From a virus, in IMG/VR virus record IMGVR_UViG_3300027541_000218, positions 9,824-73,823 of that record: DNA of 64,000 bases; one strand, written 5' to 3'. Within the stretch, counting starts at the first letter, position 1. Each line of letters begins with the position of its first letter. Of the stretch, positions 37,063-47,538 are shown one piece after another. Position numbers and translations under genes: made by a program. The notes under the pieces were generated by a model that made no database searches, was not told the origin of the DNA, and saw only the letters and a program-made list of their open reading frames with translations.

Positions 37063-38281
37063 TTTTATCTTCGAAATCTTTATATCTGTAATATCCTTTA
37101 TCAAAATCTACTTGTATTAAAAAGTCTCCCATAAATCCGTTACGATTTTTTCTGAATGCACATTCAATTATATCACTGTTGGATGCACGACCCAATGCTA
37201 ATACCCAGTCAGCATCGTAGGCAATCTGTCTTGACCATGCTGTTTGACCAAGTGTAGGTACAGTAGAAAGATCTTTTACATCATCTGGAGTTGCAGAAGA
37301 AATTGCAATAATGGGCATTTCTTCACTAATAGCCATAAGTTTAAGTTCTCGTGAAAGGTTCTTCATTCTAACTGTTTCATTATCTGCTTTTTGATTTGGA
37401 GACATAAGTTGTAAATAGTCAACAATAACAAAGTCTGGTTTATATTGATCTATCTTTCCACGAATAACTGATGGTGTAATCTCTCCGCCCTGATCGTTAG
37501 AAATAATATGAAAGTGTGGTCTACCTTCTACCTTATTTGAATGCCACTTCTTAAGCATATCTGTTTCAACTTCACCATTGCTAAGTTTACGATGAGACCA
37601 TAATCCCTCACCCATAATTGCAAATACACGGTTACGAACTTCTGTTTCAGACATTTCAAGACTGATAATCATAGGCGTTTTGCCTTGCTTCCATGCCTGT
37701 ACCGCAAAATAAAGAGCAAGCCATGATTTACCAATACCTGGATAAGCAAGGAAAATACCTAGTTGACCTGCCGTAATACCAGAAGGTAGGTAGTTATCAA
37801 AACCTGGAAGACCAGTTTTAATTCCTATAGATCCAAGTTCTTGTTGCTTTCTTACATTTTCAAAATATGCAATTGCTGATTCTAAATCTGTAGCATCAAC
37901 ATCTCTAATTGTAGATGTATTTTTCTTTAATTCTGAAGTTTTAGTAATTAATTGCTCTAGTGCCTTTTGACCTTCTCCACCTTGAATTTCAGATGCAGCG
38001 TTACGAATAATATCTTTAAGGCTATCGTTTAAATATTCAACTTGAAGTTCATCTAAATGGTGCTTTGTTGCACCTACCTCTTGAACTGGAGTAAAATCTC
38101 TAAACTTTTCTACAACTAATGATAGTGGAGGAACTGTGCCATTATGCTCTGCGTAGTTTCTAATGAAAAGCCAAACATCATTATGCGTTCTAAGAATATT
38201 ATCTACATTGGCTTGCAGGAGTACGTGAACCTGTTTATCTTGCAATACTGCTGATATTAGTTTTGCCTCTGTGTTATTCAC
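37055..38281 (-). CDS. dnaB: Replicative DnaB-like helicase
   Basis: AYPGIGKS, SLEMS, IVDYLQLM, KNRNG. Confidence 0.93.
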   Translation of the reverse strand: MNNTEAKLISAVLQDKQVHVLLQANVDNILRTHNDVWLFIRNYAEHNGTVPPLSLVVEKFRDFTPVQEVGATKHHLDELQVEYLNDSLKDIIRNAASEIQGGEGQKALEQLITKTSELKKNTSTIRDVDATDLESAIAYFENVRKQQELGSIGIKTGLPGFDNYLPSGITAGQLGIFLAYPGIGKSWLALYFAVQAWKQGKTPMIISLEMSETEVRNRVFAIMGEGLWSHRKLSNGEVETDMLKKWHSNKVEGRPHFHIISNDQGGEITPSVIRGKIDQYKPDFVIVDYLQLMSPNQKADNETVRMKNLSRELKLMAISEEMPIIAISSATPDDVKDLSTVPTLGQTAWSRQIAYDADWVLALGRASNSDIIECAFRKNRNGFMGDFLIQVDFDKGYYRYKDFEDKNA

Positions 38282-38582
38282 TTAGCCACTCCCTTGCTAA
38301 TTTTCTACGCTCTTCTCGTTCTTTAATATCTGCCTGCACTTCTAGTTTACCATTAAGAATTTTTTCTGCATTATATGCAAAGAAGTTCCAATTTGGATCT
38401 TGAGCAACTAAAAAATAATAATCTAATAAATCATAACAGTCTTTTATCCCATAGGATTCAACAAGGGCATCTGCAGCCCATTGCTCAACATTAAGATTGA
38501 GATTAGACTTTTGCTCATATCTTTGCAAATATAATTTGTTGTATCGACTGAGCAAAGCCATTCGGTCTTTGCGGTCAGCCAT
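38274..38582 (-). CDS. Hypothetical protein (possible helicase loader)
   Basis: Position upstream of dnaB only. Confidence 0.5.
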   Translation of the reverse strand: MADRKDRMALLSRYNKLYLQRYEQKSNLNLNVEQWAADALVESYGIKDCYDLLDYYFLVAQDPNWNFFAYNAEKILNGKLEVQADIKEREERRKLAREWLSE

Positions 38583-38583
38583 A

Positions 38584-38811
38584 CTATTCTTCTACTAACT
38601 CTGTCTTTGCTTCTTGAACCTTTTCTACCACTTTGCTTTCAACAAAGGAGTAAACACGGTCCATAGCCTCATTTGTAGTTTCTCCATCACGGGTATAATC
38701 AACTACCCCAAGATCAACTCTTAAAGACTGGAAATTACCCAGATTAAGGGTATATCCAAGTGTTACTGATACTTTTGTGTCATTACGTTCTTCCACCACT
38801 GCCTCCTTCAA
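38584..38811 (-). CDS. Hypothetical protein
   Basis: TLNLGNFQSLRVD motif. Confidence 0.65.
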   Translation of the reverse strand: MKEAVVEERNDTKVSVTLGYTLNLGNFQSLRVDLGVVDYTRDGETTNEAMDRVYSFVESKVVEKVQEAKTELVEE

Positions 38812-38814
38812 AGG

Positions 38815-39360
38815 CTAATTAATGCTCTCTCCCCAAACAGGAATAAATCTACCATCTTCAGTTTTTGTATAAACCAGTATACCATCGCCAGTTCTTCGTG
38901 TCAACTCCTGAGATGTAGGAGTCATATTGTTTGTTATTAAATTATCTTTTCTTGGTCTACCAATATGTATGCTTGCAAGTATATCACGTATCTCTTTTAA
39001 TTGCGATTCAGAGTAGTACGCTCTTACTTGCCAATCTCTTGTACCGCCAACCTGTGCTCCTATTGGAGGCGGAATAACTCCACGTTTAATTAGATATGGA
39101 ATATATTTACGATGCCTATTGACAAGTCTTGCAGTTTCTGCTACAGTATATGCCCTTTGTCTATTTTTTCTGAAGTCATTACGAAAACAAGTTTCTAGTC
39201 TATCTTTTGTAATATTGTAAAATGTAACCATACCAGTTGATCTAGAACTATGATATAGTCTAACTAAATCATTATTTAAAAACCAAATTTTTTGGTTACC
39301 TTTAATTATAGGCTGACTATTGTAGTCTTTGCTCTCAAGTTTTCTTGGTCCAAAAGCCAT
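38815..39360 (-). CDS. MerR-like HTH DNA-binding protein
   Basis: YTVAETARLVNRH...GVIP...RAYYSE. Confidence 0.65.
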   Translation of the reverse strand: MAFGPRKLESKDYNSQPIIKGNQKIWFLNNDLVRLYHSSRSTGMVTFYNITKDRLETCFRNDFRKNRQRAYTVAETARLVNRHRKYIPYLIKRGVIPPPIGAQVGGTRDWQVRAYYSESQLKEIRDILASIHIGRPRKDNLITNNMTPTSQELTRRTGDGILVYTKTEDGRFIPVWGESIN

Positions 39361-39497
39361 TTTCCCTCCTTGCTATCTGAAGGTGGATGATAAAAATTTC
39401 TAGATCCACAACGGATGCAATAGGTCTCTAAGTGTATTTGGCTAGAATATTGTCTATCAACAAACATTCTACCTTTGCAGCGTCTGCAATGGATCAT
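39306..39497 (-). CDS. Zinc-ribbon protein
   Basis: CRRCKG...CIRCG. Confidence 0.7.
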   Translation of the reverse strand: MIHCRRCKGRMFVDRQYSSQIHLETYCIRCGSRNFYHPPSDSKEGKWLLDQENLRAKTTIVSL

Positions 39498-39513
39498 GTA
39501 CCCAATTCCCCTT

Positions 39514-39957
39514 TTAGTTTGGAATTCCAATAATAATTAGGTGAACAGCCAAGGACAGATCTCCTGACGCTCCAAACCTAACCACTCCTTCTACTCTTGA
39601 TGTAGTAACAGATTTTAAAATAACATTTACATTTTGTCCTGCTGGAGTATTTCCAATATTAACTGCAGTAGCAGATGCTATTGGTGCATATTTAAAATCA
39701 GATGGGAAGTCATATGAAAATGTCTTTTCGTTTCCTGCGCTAACTGTTGAGTTATTTGCTACTTCAACATACCCACCAACTACTCTAGCCTCTGATGTTT
39801 TTACACTCTGCTTACCTGCAGAAACAGTATCTACAGTAGTATAGTTGTAGGTTGCAGATGAAACCTGCGTAGAAATATCATTAATTGTATCTGCCAACTG
39901 ATAAATGTATGTAACATCTAACGGTTGACCTCGTTCTGGTAGTGGTACTTTTGCCAT
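39514..39957 (-). CDS. Putative minor tail protein
   Basis: End of tail operon; beta-rich C-terminus. Confidence 0.55.
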   Translation of the reverse strand: MAKVPLPERGQPLDVTYIYQLADTINDISTQVSSATYNYTTVDTVSAGKQSVKTSEARVVGGYVEVANNSTVSAGNEKTFSYDFPSDFKYAPIASATAVNIGNTPAGQNVNVILKSVTTSRVEGVVRFGASGDLSLAVHLIIIGIPN

Positions 39958-39975
39958 TATCTCTCCATTATATCA

Positions 39976-40509
39976 TTAAACAGTCTCATTGAGCAGTCTA
40001 TAAACTTTTAAAAATGGTGTTCCTGGAGCGCCATCTGCTCTTTCAATTGGTTCTCCTTTTAAATAAATCTCAACACTCATTCTATTTGGCGTGGTTGGTT
40101 GCACAACTCCATTAATTGTCCATGTATTTGGAATTGGTAAAGCAAGAGATGTTGTATCAATTCTTTCTTTATATAGCCAATCACCATTTCCACCACCACG
40201 ATCCCATCTTACCCAAATATCATATTCATGTGTTTTAGTTATTGAATAAGTATTTCCACCATCAACTTTGGTTACTTCTACAGCATCCCAAACAATAGTA
40301 GCAATTGATCCTGCTTTATTAAATACAATATTTCCAGGCACAAATGTATAACCTGGTTGTATTAAATAGACAGGAGACCAATGAGATGTTCTGTTTCTAT
40401 CTGAAGAAATAATCCTATATCTTACAGAATATCCCTCTGTATTAGAGTCAATGGCTGGTAAATTATTTGGAGAAGTTTTAAACTTTTTAATTGTTTCAGA
40501 AGTAGCCAT
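39976..40509 (-). CDS. Putative minor tail protein
   Basis: Tail operon; FN3-like composition. Confidence 0.55.
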   Translation of the reverse strand: MATSETIKKFKTSPNNLPAIDSNTEGYSVRYRIISSDRNRTSHWSPVYLIQPGYTFVPGNIVFNKAGSIATIVWDAVEVTKVDGGNTYSITKTHEYDIWVRWDRGGGNGDWLYKERIDTTSLALPIPNTWTINGVVQPTTPNRMSVEIYLKGEPIERADGAPGTPFLKVYRLLNETV

Positions 40510-41660
40510 TATGTTACTCCAACTGAAAATCTAAATTCAATATAATTACTTGTATTGGGAGACTTGACAACTGTTTCTGCATTAGTAGTTTTGATAACTG
40601 AATAACCAGTAAGACCATATAATGGATTTGTAGTAGCAATATTTTCTAGTCTCATTGCATCAAGTGCAACATAATAATCATCAGACGGAACATCTGAAAC
40701 TAAAACACATGCATATATTTTTACAACTGTTACAGCATTCCACGTAAATCCTTGTGTCTGATATAGTTCTTGTAGTTGTTTTGTTATTACAAAATAGCGG
40801 TTAGTAGAAAAATCATATGTTCCTCCAGTACCGCTTCCATTATCAAGTTCAGCCTCAAATCTAGCAAATTCTCCAGAACCTTCTGCATCTGTACTTGCAA
40901 AATCTACAAGAATGCGAACGGTGTCAGGAACTGCAGAAGAATCTCCATCCTTACTTACAAGAGAAAATGCAAGACGCAATTCGTCAATTGGAGAGTTACG
41001 TGTAAAATTAACATCAGCACCAGTTAAATGTATATGATTTGATCCAGCCTCAACAACAAAATGTCCTTCAGCACTACCTGTTGATGAGTCAATAGTTAGG
41101 TCTGAATCATTTCCACGAATTAAAATAATATTATTTAAAAATCTACAACGCTCATATCTTTCTGGGCGTGGTGATTTATAAAATATAGAGTTATCTGCAT
41201 TTGTTTGAAATACTGGGTCTGTAGTAGCAATTACGTTATCGTCTAGCGGATCATCCAACGGAGTTGTAATAGTTGGAATAGATGTTGCAGCAGATGCTGT
41301 ATGATATTGCCAGTTTTCACCTTGAGTAAAAGCAAACACAGTTTTGCTATCATAGGCTCCAGCAGAAGGATTTGATCCTGCAGAGTACAAGCCAATCTCT
41401 GAAATTTCATATCTTTCTTCTGTTGGTAGTTCTGCTGTTAATACAATTTTTTCTGTACCAGCATCATTAACAAAGCCCCTAGATGAAATAGGCACTCTGA
41501 ACATTTCAAAATCTAGGTTGTCTTTAGTTGAGTAGTCTCCATATGGATCAGTAGTATCTAGTGGCTGTGCTCCACATCCTATGGCAATATAAGAAGCATA
41601 GGCTGGTGCCTGACCAAGAAGATACTTACCAATGATAGATTTTCCAGTGTTTGTAATCAT
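40509..41660 (-). CDS. Putative tail tip protein
   Basis: MITNTGK...YIAIGCG...ISEIGLYS, a fibre-base-type N-terminus. Confidence 0.6.
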   Translation of the reverse strand: MITNTGKSIIGKYLLGQAPAYASYIAIGCGAQPLDTTDPYGDYSTKDNLDFEMFRVPISSRGFVNDAGTEKIVLTAELPTEERYEISEIGLYSAGSNPSAGAYDSKTVFAFTQGENWQYHTASAATSIPTITTPLDDPLDDNVIATTDPVFQTNADNSIFYKSPRPERYERCRFLNNIILIRGNDSDLTIDSSTGSAEGHFVVEAGSNHIHLTGADVNFTRNSPIDELRLAFSLVSKDGDSSAVPDTVRILVDFASTDAEGSGEFARFEAELDNGSGTGGTYDFSTNRYFVITKQLQELYQTQGFTWNAVTVVKIYACVLVSDVPSDDYYVALDAMRLENIATTNPLYGLTGYSVIKTTNAETVVKSPNTSNYIEFRFSVGVT

Positions 41661-42586
41661 AATTCCGCCTCATATATTGTACCACCTGTGGTAATTTCTA
41701 CCTCTATCTGCTCATCTAGTTCTAAATTTACAGCCTCTACTACCAGTTCTCCAGTTTCTGGGTCTATATATACATGCGATCCATCTGGACCTGTTCCTTC
41801 TGTTGGAACTTTATTATCAAATCTAATAGAAAAATTTTGAAAATATTTATCGGAAGTAGCCTGTAAACTAACAATATTATTAGCGTTATATTGTTGTTGA
41901 ATCTGTGTCAAATTTTTAATAGGCTGATAAATAATTTGTTGACCATTAACCGTATCATTTCTAGCAATATTAATTAACTCTTGTCCACCAATATTTTCAA
42001 AAATAAGGTCAGACATAATTTGAATTGGAACGGCGTCTTCGTCAAATAAAATAGTGTCAATTGGAGCAGTTTTTACTGGTGGTGGCGGCGGCGCTTGTGT
42101 AACTGGGCTTATGTTAGACGGGGTAGAAGAGAGAGTAGAGGGTGTTAAAGGAATAGGGTTTGGAGAAGACTGTTGGTTAGATCCACTACCATTATTTGGT
42201 GATTGAGAACTTGCTTGAACAACACTCTGCGTTGTTGGTATGACTATTTGATTATTTTTATCATATTCTGCTGCTTTTGCTGCTGATGCAGCATTAATTG
42301 CAGCACCTAAGTCTGTTCCTCTTCCTCCTGCTGCTTTTGCTGCATTAAGAGTATCAAAATATTCTTTATCTGTTAAAGTTTTTCCAGGTGTATAAGAATC
42401 TCCGTAGTACCCTGCCTTATTAACTCCACCACGTAGATCATAGTATTGTTCTGGTGTTGGTCTTTCAAAAGTTTTTGTTTCAGGGTTAAATACACTATAT
42501 CCAGCAGCGTTTGCCTGTATAACTCTTTTTGTTGTTGCATCTAATTGTTCAAATGGAATTTTATTAAATGATTGATCGTCAGCCAT
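41657..42586 (-). CDS. Putative tail protein with Ser/Pro/Gln-rich linker
   Basis: Tail operon; low-complexity segment including PPPPP. Confidence 0.55.
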   Translation of the reverse strand: MADDQSFNKIPFEQLDATTKRVIQANAAGYSVFNPETKTFERPTPEQYYDLRGGVNKAGYYGDSYTPGKTLTDKEYFDTLNAAKAAGGRGTDLGAAINAASAAKAAEYDKNNQIVIPTTQSVVQASSQSPNNGSGSNQQSSPNPIPLTPSTLSSTPSNISPVTQAPPPPPVKTAPIDTILFDEDAVPIQIMSDLIFENIGGQELINIARNDTVNGQQIIYQPIKNLTQIQQQYNANNIVSLQATSDKYFQNFSIRFDNKVPTEGTGPDGSHVYIDPETGELVVEAVNLELDEQIEVEITTGGTIYEAEL

Positions 42587-42587
42587 T

Positions 42588-45500
42588 TTATACCTCGCTT
42601 AAATAAATAGTCATTTGTGGACCATTATTTCCTCTAGAATAGTCTATATTATACACAACAAACCTATCTGTATCTTCTGTAACTAAATCTAAATTTTCAT
42701 TATTTTTATAATTAATTGTAACAATATCGCCTAGTTGTAACGTAGGAATGGAATATACATTAAGACCAATTACCTTTTTAGGAATCATGACTTTATTAAT
42801 AATCCAACCCATTAAAGCATCTGCATCATCTTGAGTTTGTATATATGGGGTATCTAGGCTAAACTCATTTTTTCCATAAATAAGTCTGCTTAGTTTAATG
42901 TCATCATATTTTGCTTTTTCTACCAAAGGAGAATAGATTAGTGCACTACCACTAAATGGTGGGTCGGACAGGTTGCTCTTTTTGCTAAAGTATTCATCTA
43001 CTGTTAATTCATATGTTGTGTCTTGTGTAAAAGCAACACCCTGTATTCTTAAATAGTTACCACTTGTTTCATCCAAAACAAGAGCCTTATCTGAAGCATT
43101 AAATATTAAGAATTCAGCACCATACGAGTCTGCTTGGAATCCAGATACTGAGTAGCCCTTGATACGATTAAATGTAGGAGAAAGTTGTGAATATAGTGCT
43201 GGATATGCACGATCATATCTAATATCAAAATAGGCACATTCACGCATAATTGTTCCAAACTCATCAAAATACATATTATATTTTGGTGGTTGCTCTGAAC
43301 TAATACCAGTTAAATAGGTACCTTGAATAATGCCATTCATTGCATATTTTCTAAATGATTCATTTGCGTCAATTTGTTTATCACCAAATACTGCAGACAA
43401 TGTTTCACCTGTTGTAAATACTGTATTTTGAGAATAGTTTTCAGACAAAGCATATACATGTTCAAACATACAACGAGATGATCCACGAATAAACAAAGCC
43501 ATATTATTATATATTGGAAGCGGATCTGGGTCATCAACAATTTTAATTAACTTATTATTAATATATAAATAAAATCTACGAGTCTTACCAATGTCTTGAT
43601 ATTCTACGGATAGATCATATACGGTAGGCTTGTCTTCTCCAGCCATTCTATATTGACCAGTAAAACGACCATCGTCAACAATAACATTTGTTATACCGCC
43701 CCATAATTTAATTGGAATAGCATTATCATTAGCAGATTCTTTTTTAACTTTATAAAAAACAACATTATTAATGTTTACCGCAGCCTGTCCATTTTTATCT
43801 AATTTAAGATATGATTCTACATTAGTTTCAGTTAGTGCAACAATCTCAAAATAGTATCCATTATTTGTTTCTGGATTAAGTAATACCGCTATACCGCCAG
43901 ATCCTCCACCTATGCTAACATTTTGATTTGGCTGAACATTATTAACTTGATAGTATGCACTAGATCCAATTGGAGTTTGTCCACGGGTTTCATTATTTTC
44001 AATTTTACCAATAATACGAATACGTGTACCAAAATTTTTATAAGCGCCATTTAAGTTTTTATAAACATATGAAACAAAGTTAAGTGGTGTTTCTGTAGTT
44101 TTAAATGACGGTCCATTCATAACTAGAGCAGAAGATTGAACAGTTCCTGTTTGTGTAGATTTTAAGTTATTGATAGCAGTTTCAGTTAAATAGTTTGCAG
44201 ACATGAAGTTTTTAATAATACCATTACGAGTTGTTTGACGAGCCAAAGTATTATTTACTCCAGCAGCGCCTACAGTGGTTGCTGGTCTTGTTACATCTTC
44301 ATCTAGTGTTGTAGTAAATAAATATTGAGTTTGCATATTGCAGCCACGAACATAAGTATTATCTGCCCAGTAGTCGCTGATCCCTGCAGTATGAGTAGTT
44401 ACAGGTGTTCCAAATTGTCCTCTACCATGTTCATATACGGCACCTGGCTGCAATCTTGCTATACCATCAACTGTTTCATAAAAAGGCACTGAAAAAATTC
44501 TAACAAGACCTGTTGGATATATTTTTCCATTAAACGGAATAGACGCAAAGTATCTTTGATATTCTTGATTGCTGCTAATCCAAACATTACCAGTGCCAGT
44601 TACGTTAAACTCTGCAGCATCATATTTAATAATTTCACCATTTGAATATAAAAATCCTTGATATCTTGTAAGCCAGTAAATATTTTCTCCAAGATCTAGC
44701 GTATTATTTACAACAACTCCGTTAACTACAGTTGGCAAATCTGCTGAAAGCGTTGCATTTAAAGGCATTGCACCTAAAACATAGTTACCCTGTTTTGCTG
44801 CTACTTCATTAATAGTTTTTGTTGCTTCATCTCCTGCAACTTCCCACAAAAGAACAGGTTTATAAATCCATGTTTTATCACGATCAACCATGCTTGCTTC
44901 TCTAATACTTCCATATGAACGCTGAATATATCTAGTTGTATAATTAATTTTTCCATCATTATAAACACGCTTGTCTTCAGACGCAATAGATATAATATTA
45001 GGTAGGTTACCAGAGGATTGGTTTTCAATAACGCCTTCATCTGTTTGATTATTATTTCCCAATAGAACAAAATCTGTTGTTCTAGTATCTGCATCTGGCA
45101 TTAAATAGTTTTTACTCATTACAATAAAATTATTGTATTCATCAAAAAACATTGCGCTTTGTGTTGATATTGCAAGTTGATTAAGTATTTCTGCAACATT
45201 TTGATCTGGTGCAACAAAGAAATACGGAATGATTGGGTCTGACTCTCCATCTATTCTTCTGAAAGAATAGTTTGTAAAACCAATATAATCAAGAATAGTA
45301 CTTATAGCCATGCTTAAAGATGTTTGAGTCATCAATAATCTTGGAGCAGGCATTGATTCGAAAAAGAAATAAAAATCTCTTAGATTAATAGAGATTGTTC
45401 CAGCGGTAACGTCTGCTTGCGGAAAACCTTCTGAATATAAAGTTTTAAGAGGAATAAAATAGTCAAACCCATCAACATCAATAATTGTTTCATAAAAATT

Positions 45501-46898
45501 AAATTTAATATTTTTTCTTGTATATCCTGCAATAATACTATTTGTATTATTAGGATTAAAAGCCTGATCATCATCAAAAATATTAATCTGACCCGTAGAT
45601 GCAAGAAGTTGACCTACTGGTAAAGATGTAATTCCAACATCAGATAAAATTTTAGTAACCTTATAATCAATTACTTTATCAGAAATATCTCCGACTAGCC
45701 TTGGAGAAATCTCAATTAAATCAAAAGTAGTATCAAACTTATTCATTGTTTCTACTACTACTCTTAATCCTTGAATATATGCAAACTCTCTATATTCTGT
45801 ACCGCCATTAATTTCGTCAGTAAATTGCTCTGGGTTTGTAAAATCAGTAACAAAACTTGTATTATTATCTATTTCTTCTGAACCTAAAGTCCATCCATAT
45901 GTTGGAGAAAATGTTTCATAATCACTTCCAGTCCAAATATAAAATGTTCCACGGCTTCCTTCGTTTGCAATTACTAAATATGCATAGCCAGTTACAGATG
46001 TGTCTGGCAATAAAGTTGATGAAGAAAGTGTTTCTGCAAATATAAAAATATCTCTGTAGGCTTCTGGAACTATAAGTCCATAGTGAATTTCAACATATCC
46101 ATCAGTGCCAATAATTGGAGTTCCGTCTGCTCTTGTTGTATTTTCATTAAATGAAATTGCATTAGACCAATTATTATTATAAAGATATTGTATCTTCCAT
46201 CTTGCTGGAGTTGTCTTATTTGCAGTTCCGTATAGCGGATCTGGTATAGACCCAGACGCTGTTGTAAAGGGTCCAAGATCTACAGAGCCAACATTAGTTT
46301 GCATTTTAACAATAATTCTATTTGTTGGAACTTGATTTTTATATACAACAAAAGGAACTGCATCATCTATATAATTTAGTCCATTAGATAATTTATTTGA
46401 TACGCCATATTCAACATTATCTTCTGTTCTATAAGAAGTCCAATATCTAAACTCATCATATCGTGATGGCATATAATATCTTGGTCGTTCTGCTATTGAT
46501 GCACCAGAATTTGCTAAATATCGTCCGCCAAAATATAAAGGTTTATTAATTCCTGATCTTGGTCTAAATGGTTTTAAACAATCTTCTAAAGAATAAATCA
46601 TCTTCATTTTGTCTTTTTGTAAAGTAAATTGTTGAGGGATGCCAGAATCAGTAAACCCATTATCAATAACTACGTCTGCATCTGTAGCACCTGTATAATA
46701 ATTTCCAGCATCTAAATTATCAAATGTATTTGGCAAAGTATAATATGTAGAGCCTGGGGTACTTGGACGATATCTATAGTTTCCTACTAAAAAAATATTA
46801 TCTGGCATATTCATATTCCATTCAGCAAGAACTAGTGACTTTAACTGAACTGTTGCCGATGTTTCTAAATGAGTCTTTAATGCTTCACTAACAAACAC
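42588..46898 (-). CDS. Large tail hub/central tail protein
   Basis: 1436 aa, second gene after tape measure; C-terminal PTLQLGDIVTI. Confidence 0.7.
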   Translation of the reverse strand: MFVSEALKTHLETSATVQLKSLVLAEWNMNMPDNIFLVGNYRYRPSTPGSTYYTLPNTFDNLDAGNYYTGATDADVVIDNGFTDSGIPQQFTLQKDKMKMIYSLEDCLKPFRPRSGINKPLYFGGRYLANSGASIAERPRYYMPSRYDEFRYWTSYRTEDNVEYGVSNKLSNGLNYIDDAVPFVVYKNQVPTNRIIVKMQTNVGSVDLGPFTTASGSIPDPLYGTANKTTPARWKIQYLYNNNWSNAISFNENTTRADGTPIIGTDGYVEIHYGLIVPEAYRDIFIFAETLSSSTLLPDTSVTGYAYLVIANEGSRGTFYIWTGSDYETFSPTYGWTLGSEEIDNNTSFVTDFTNPEQFTDEINGGTEYREFAYIQGLRVVVETMNKFDTTFDLIEISPRLVGDISDKVIDYKVTKILSDVGITSLPVGQLLASTGQINIFDDDQAFNPNNTNSIIAGYTRKNIKFNFYETIIDVDGFDYFIPLKTLYSEGFPQADVTAGTISINLRDFYFFFESMPAPRLLMTQTSLSMAISTILDYIGFTNYSFRRIDGESDPIIPYFFVAPDQNVAEILNQLAISTQSAMFFDEYNNFIVMSKNYLMPDADTRTTDFVLLGNNNQTDEGVIENQSSGNLPNIISIASEDKRVYNDGKINYTTRYIQRSYGSIREASMVDRDKTWIYKPVLLWEVAGDEATKTINEVAAKQGNYVLGAMPLNATLSADLPTVVNGVVVNNTLDLGENIYWLTRYQGFLYSNGEIIKYDAAEFNVTGTGNVWISSNQEYQRYFASIPFNGKIYPTGLVRIFSVPFYETVDGIARLQPGAVYEHGRGQFGTPVTTHTAGISDYWADNTYVRGCNMQTQYLFTTTLDEDVTRPATTVGAAGVNNTLARQTTRNGIIKNFMSANYLTETAINNLKSTQTGTVQSSALVMNGPSFKTTETPLNFVSYVYKNLNGAYKNFGTRIRIIGKIENNETRGQTPIGSSAYYQVNNVQPNQNVSIGGGSGGIAVLLNPETNNGYYFEIVALTETNVESYLKLDKNGQAAVNINNVVFYKVKKESANDNAIPIKLWGGITNVIVDDGRFTGQYRMAGEDKPTVYDLSVEYQDIGKTRRFYLYINNKLIKIVDDPDPLPIYNNMALFIRGSSRCMFEHVYALSENYSQNTVFTTGETLSAVFGDKQIDANESFRKYAMNGIIQGTYLTGISSEQPPKYNMYFDEFGTIMRECAYFDIRYDRAYPALYSQLSPTFNRIKGYSVSGFQADSYGAEFLIFNASDKALVLDETSGNYLRIQGVAFTQDTTYELTVDEYFSKKSNLSDPPFSGSALIYSPLVEKAKYDDIKLSRLIYGKNEFSLDTPYIQTQDDADALMGWIINKVMIPKKVIGLNVYSIPTLQLGDIVTINYKNNENLDLVTEDTDRFVVYNIDYSRGNNGPQMTIYLSEV

Positions 46899-46899
46899 T

Positions 46900-47538
46900 T
46901 TAGACCTCTTCCAGGCTTACCGATATATTCCAAAGGTCAAAATTATTGCCACCACGTTTTACAACAGAATAATTAAAGTCAGCAAAGTAAACTTCAACAA
47001 TTTGGTTATACTGTGCTAGATGACCAAATGCAGCATTATCTGTACCAAAATTAGAATATTTGTCATATGCTAAATACATCCAAAATGGACCTGTATGATT
47101 TTGATACCAATCTAAAATTTCTACACCTCCAGCACCACCGTCTGCTGTAAACTCTTGTGTATTATTTTGATATGGAGAAATTCCAGTATCTGGATCAAAT
47201 TCTGCATTTTGATAAAATGCTCTTGATGGAAGTAAATTCCAAGACCAAGTAAAAATTAACTTGTCAGCAATGTGGTACGATCTCATTCTTCCATTAATTG
47301 TTCTTTGACGCTGTTCTATTCTCTGTGGTGTAATAGAAATATCTCCACGATTATGGTCAGACAGAATTAAAAATTGATCAATTAAACTGGAATCAGTTCC
47401 TTCAGGAACATCTGCTCCAACTTCATAACCATTAGGAACATATAGCCCATTGCTCAGTGTTCCAGCATTATCGGACCATAAGACTGCTTGAGGACGCTGA
47501 TATCTTTTTCTACCAGTTATATAACCAGACGTAGCCAT
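46900..47538 (-). CDS. Distal tail protein candidate
   Basis: Directly after tape measure; RTINGRMR...WNISVSLEEV. Confidence 0.65.
   Translation of the reverse strand: MATSGYITGRKRYQRPQAVLWSDNAGTLSNGLYVPNGYEVGADVPEGTDSSLIDQFLILSDHNRGDISITPQRIEQRQRTINGRMRSYHIADKLIFTWSWNLLPSRAFYQNAEFDPDTGISPYQNNTQEFTADGGAGGVEILDWYQNHTGPFWMYLAYDKYSNFGTDNAAFGHLAQYNQIVEVYFADFNYSVVKRGGNNFDLWNISVSLEEV

Noticed and set aside
32168-38281. Inteins or introns in DnaE, primase or DnaB
   Set aside because: Lengths and motif spacing are normal, with no splice-junction or homing-endonuclease motifs.
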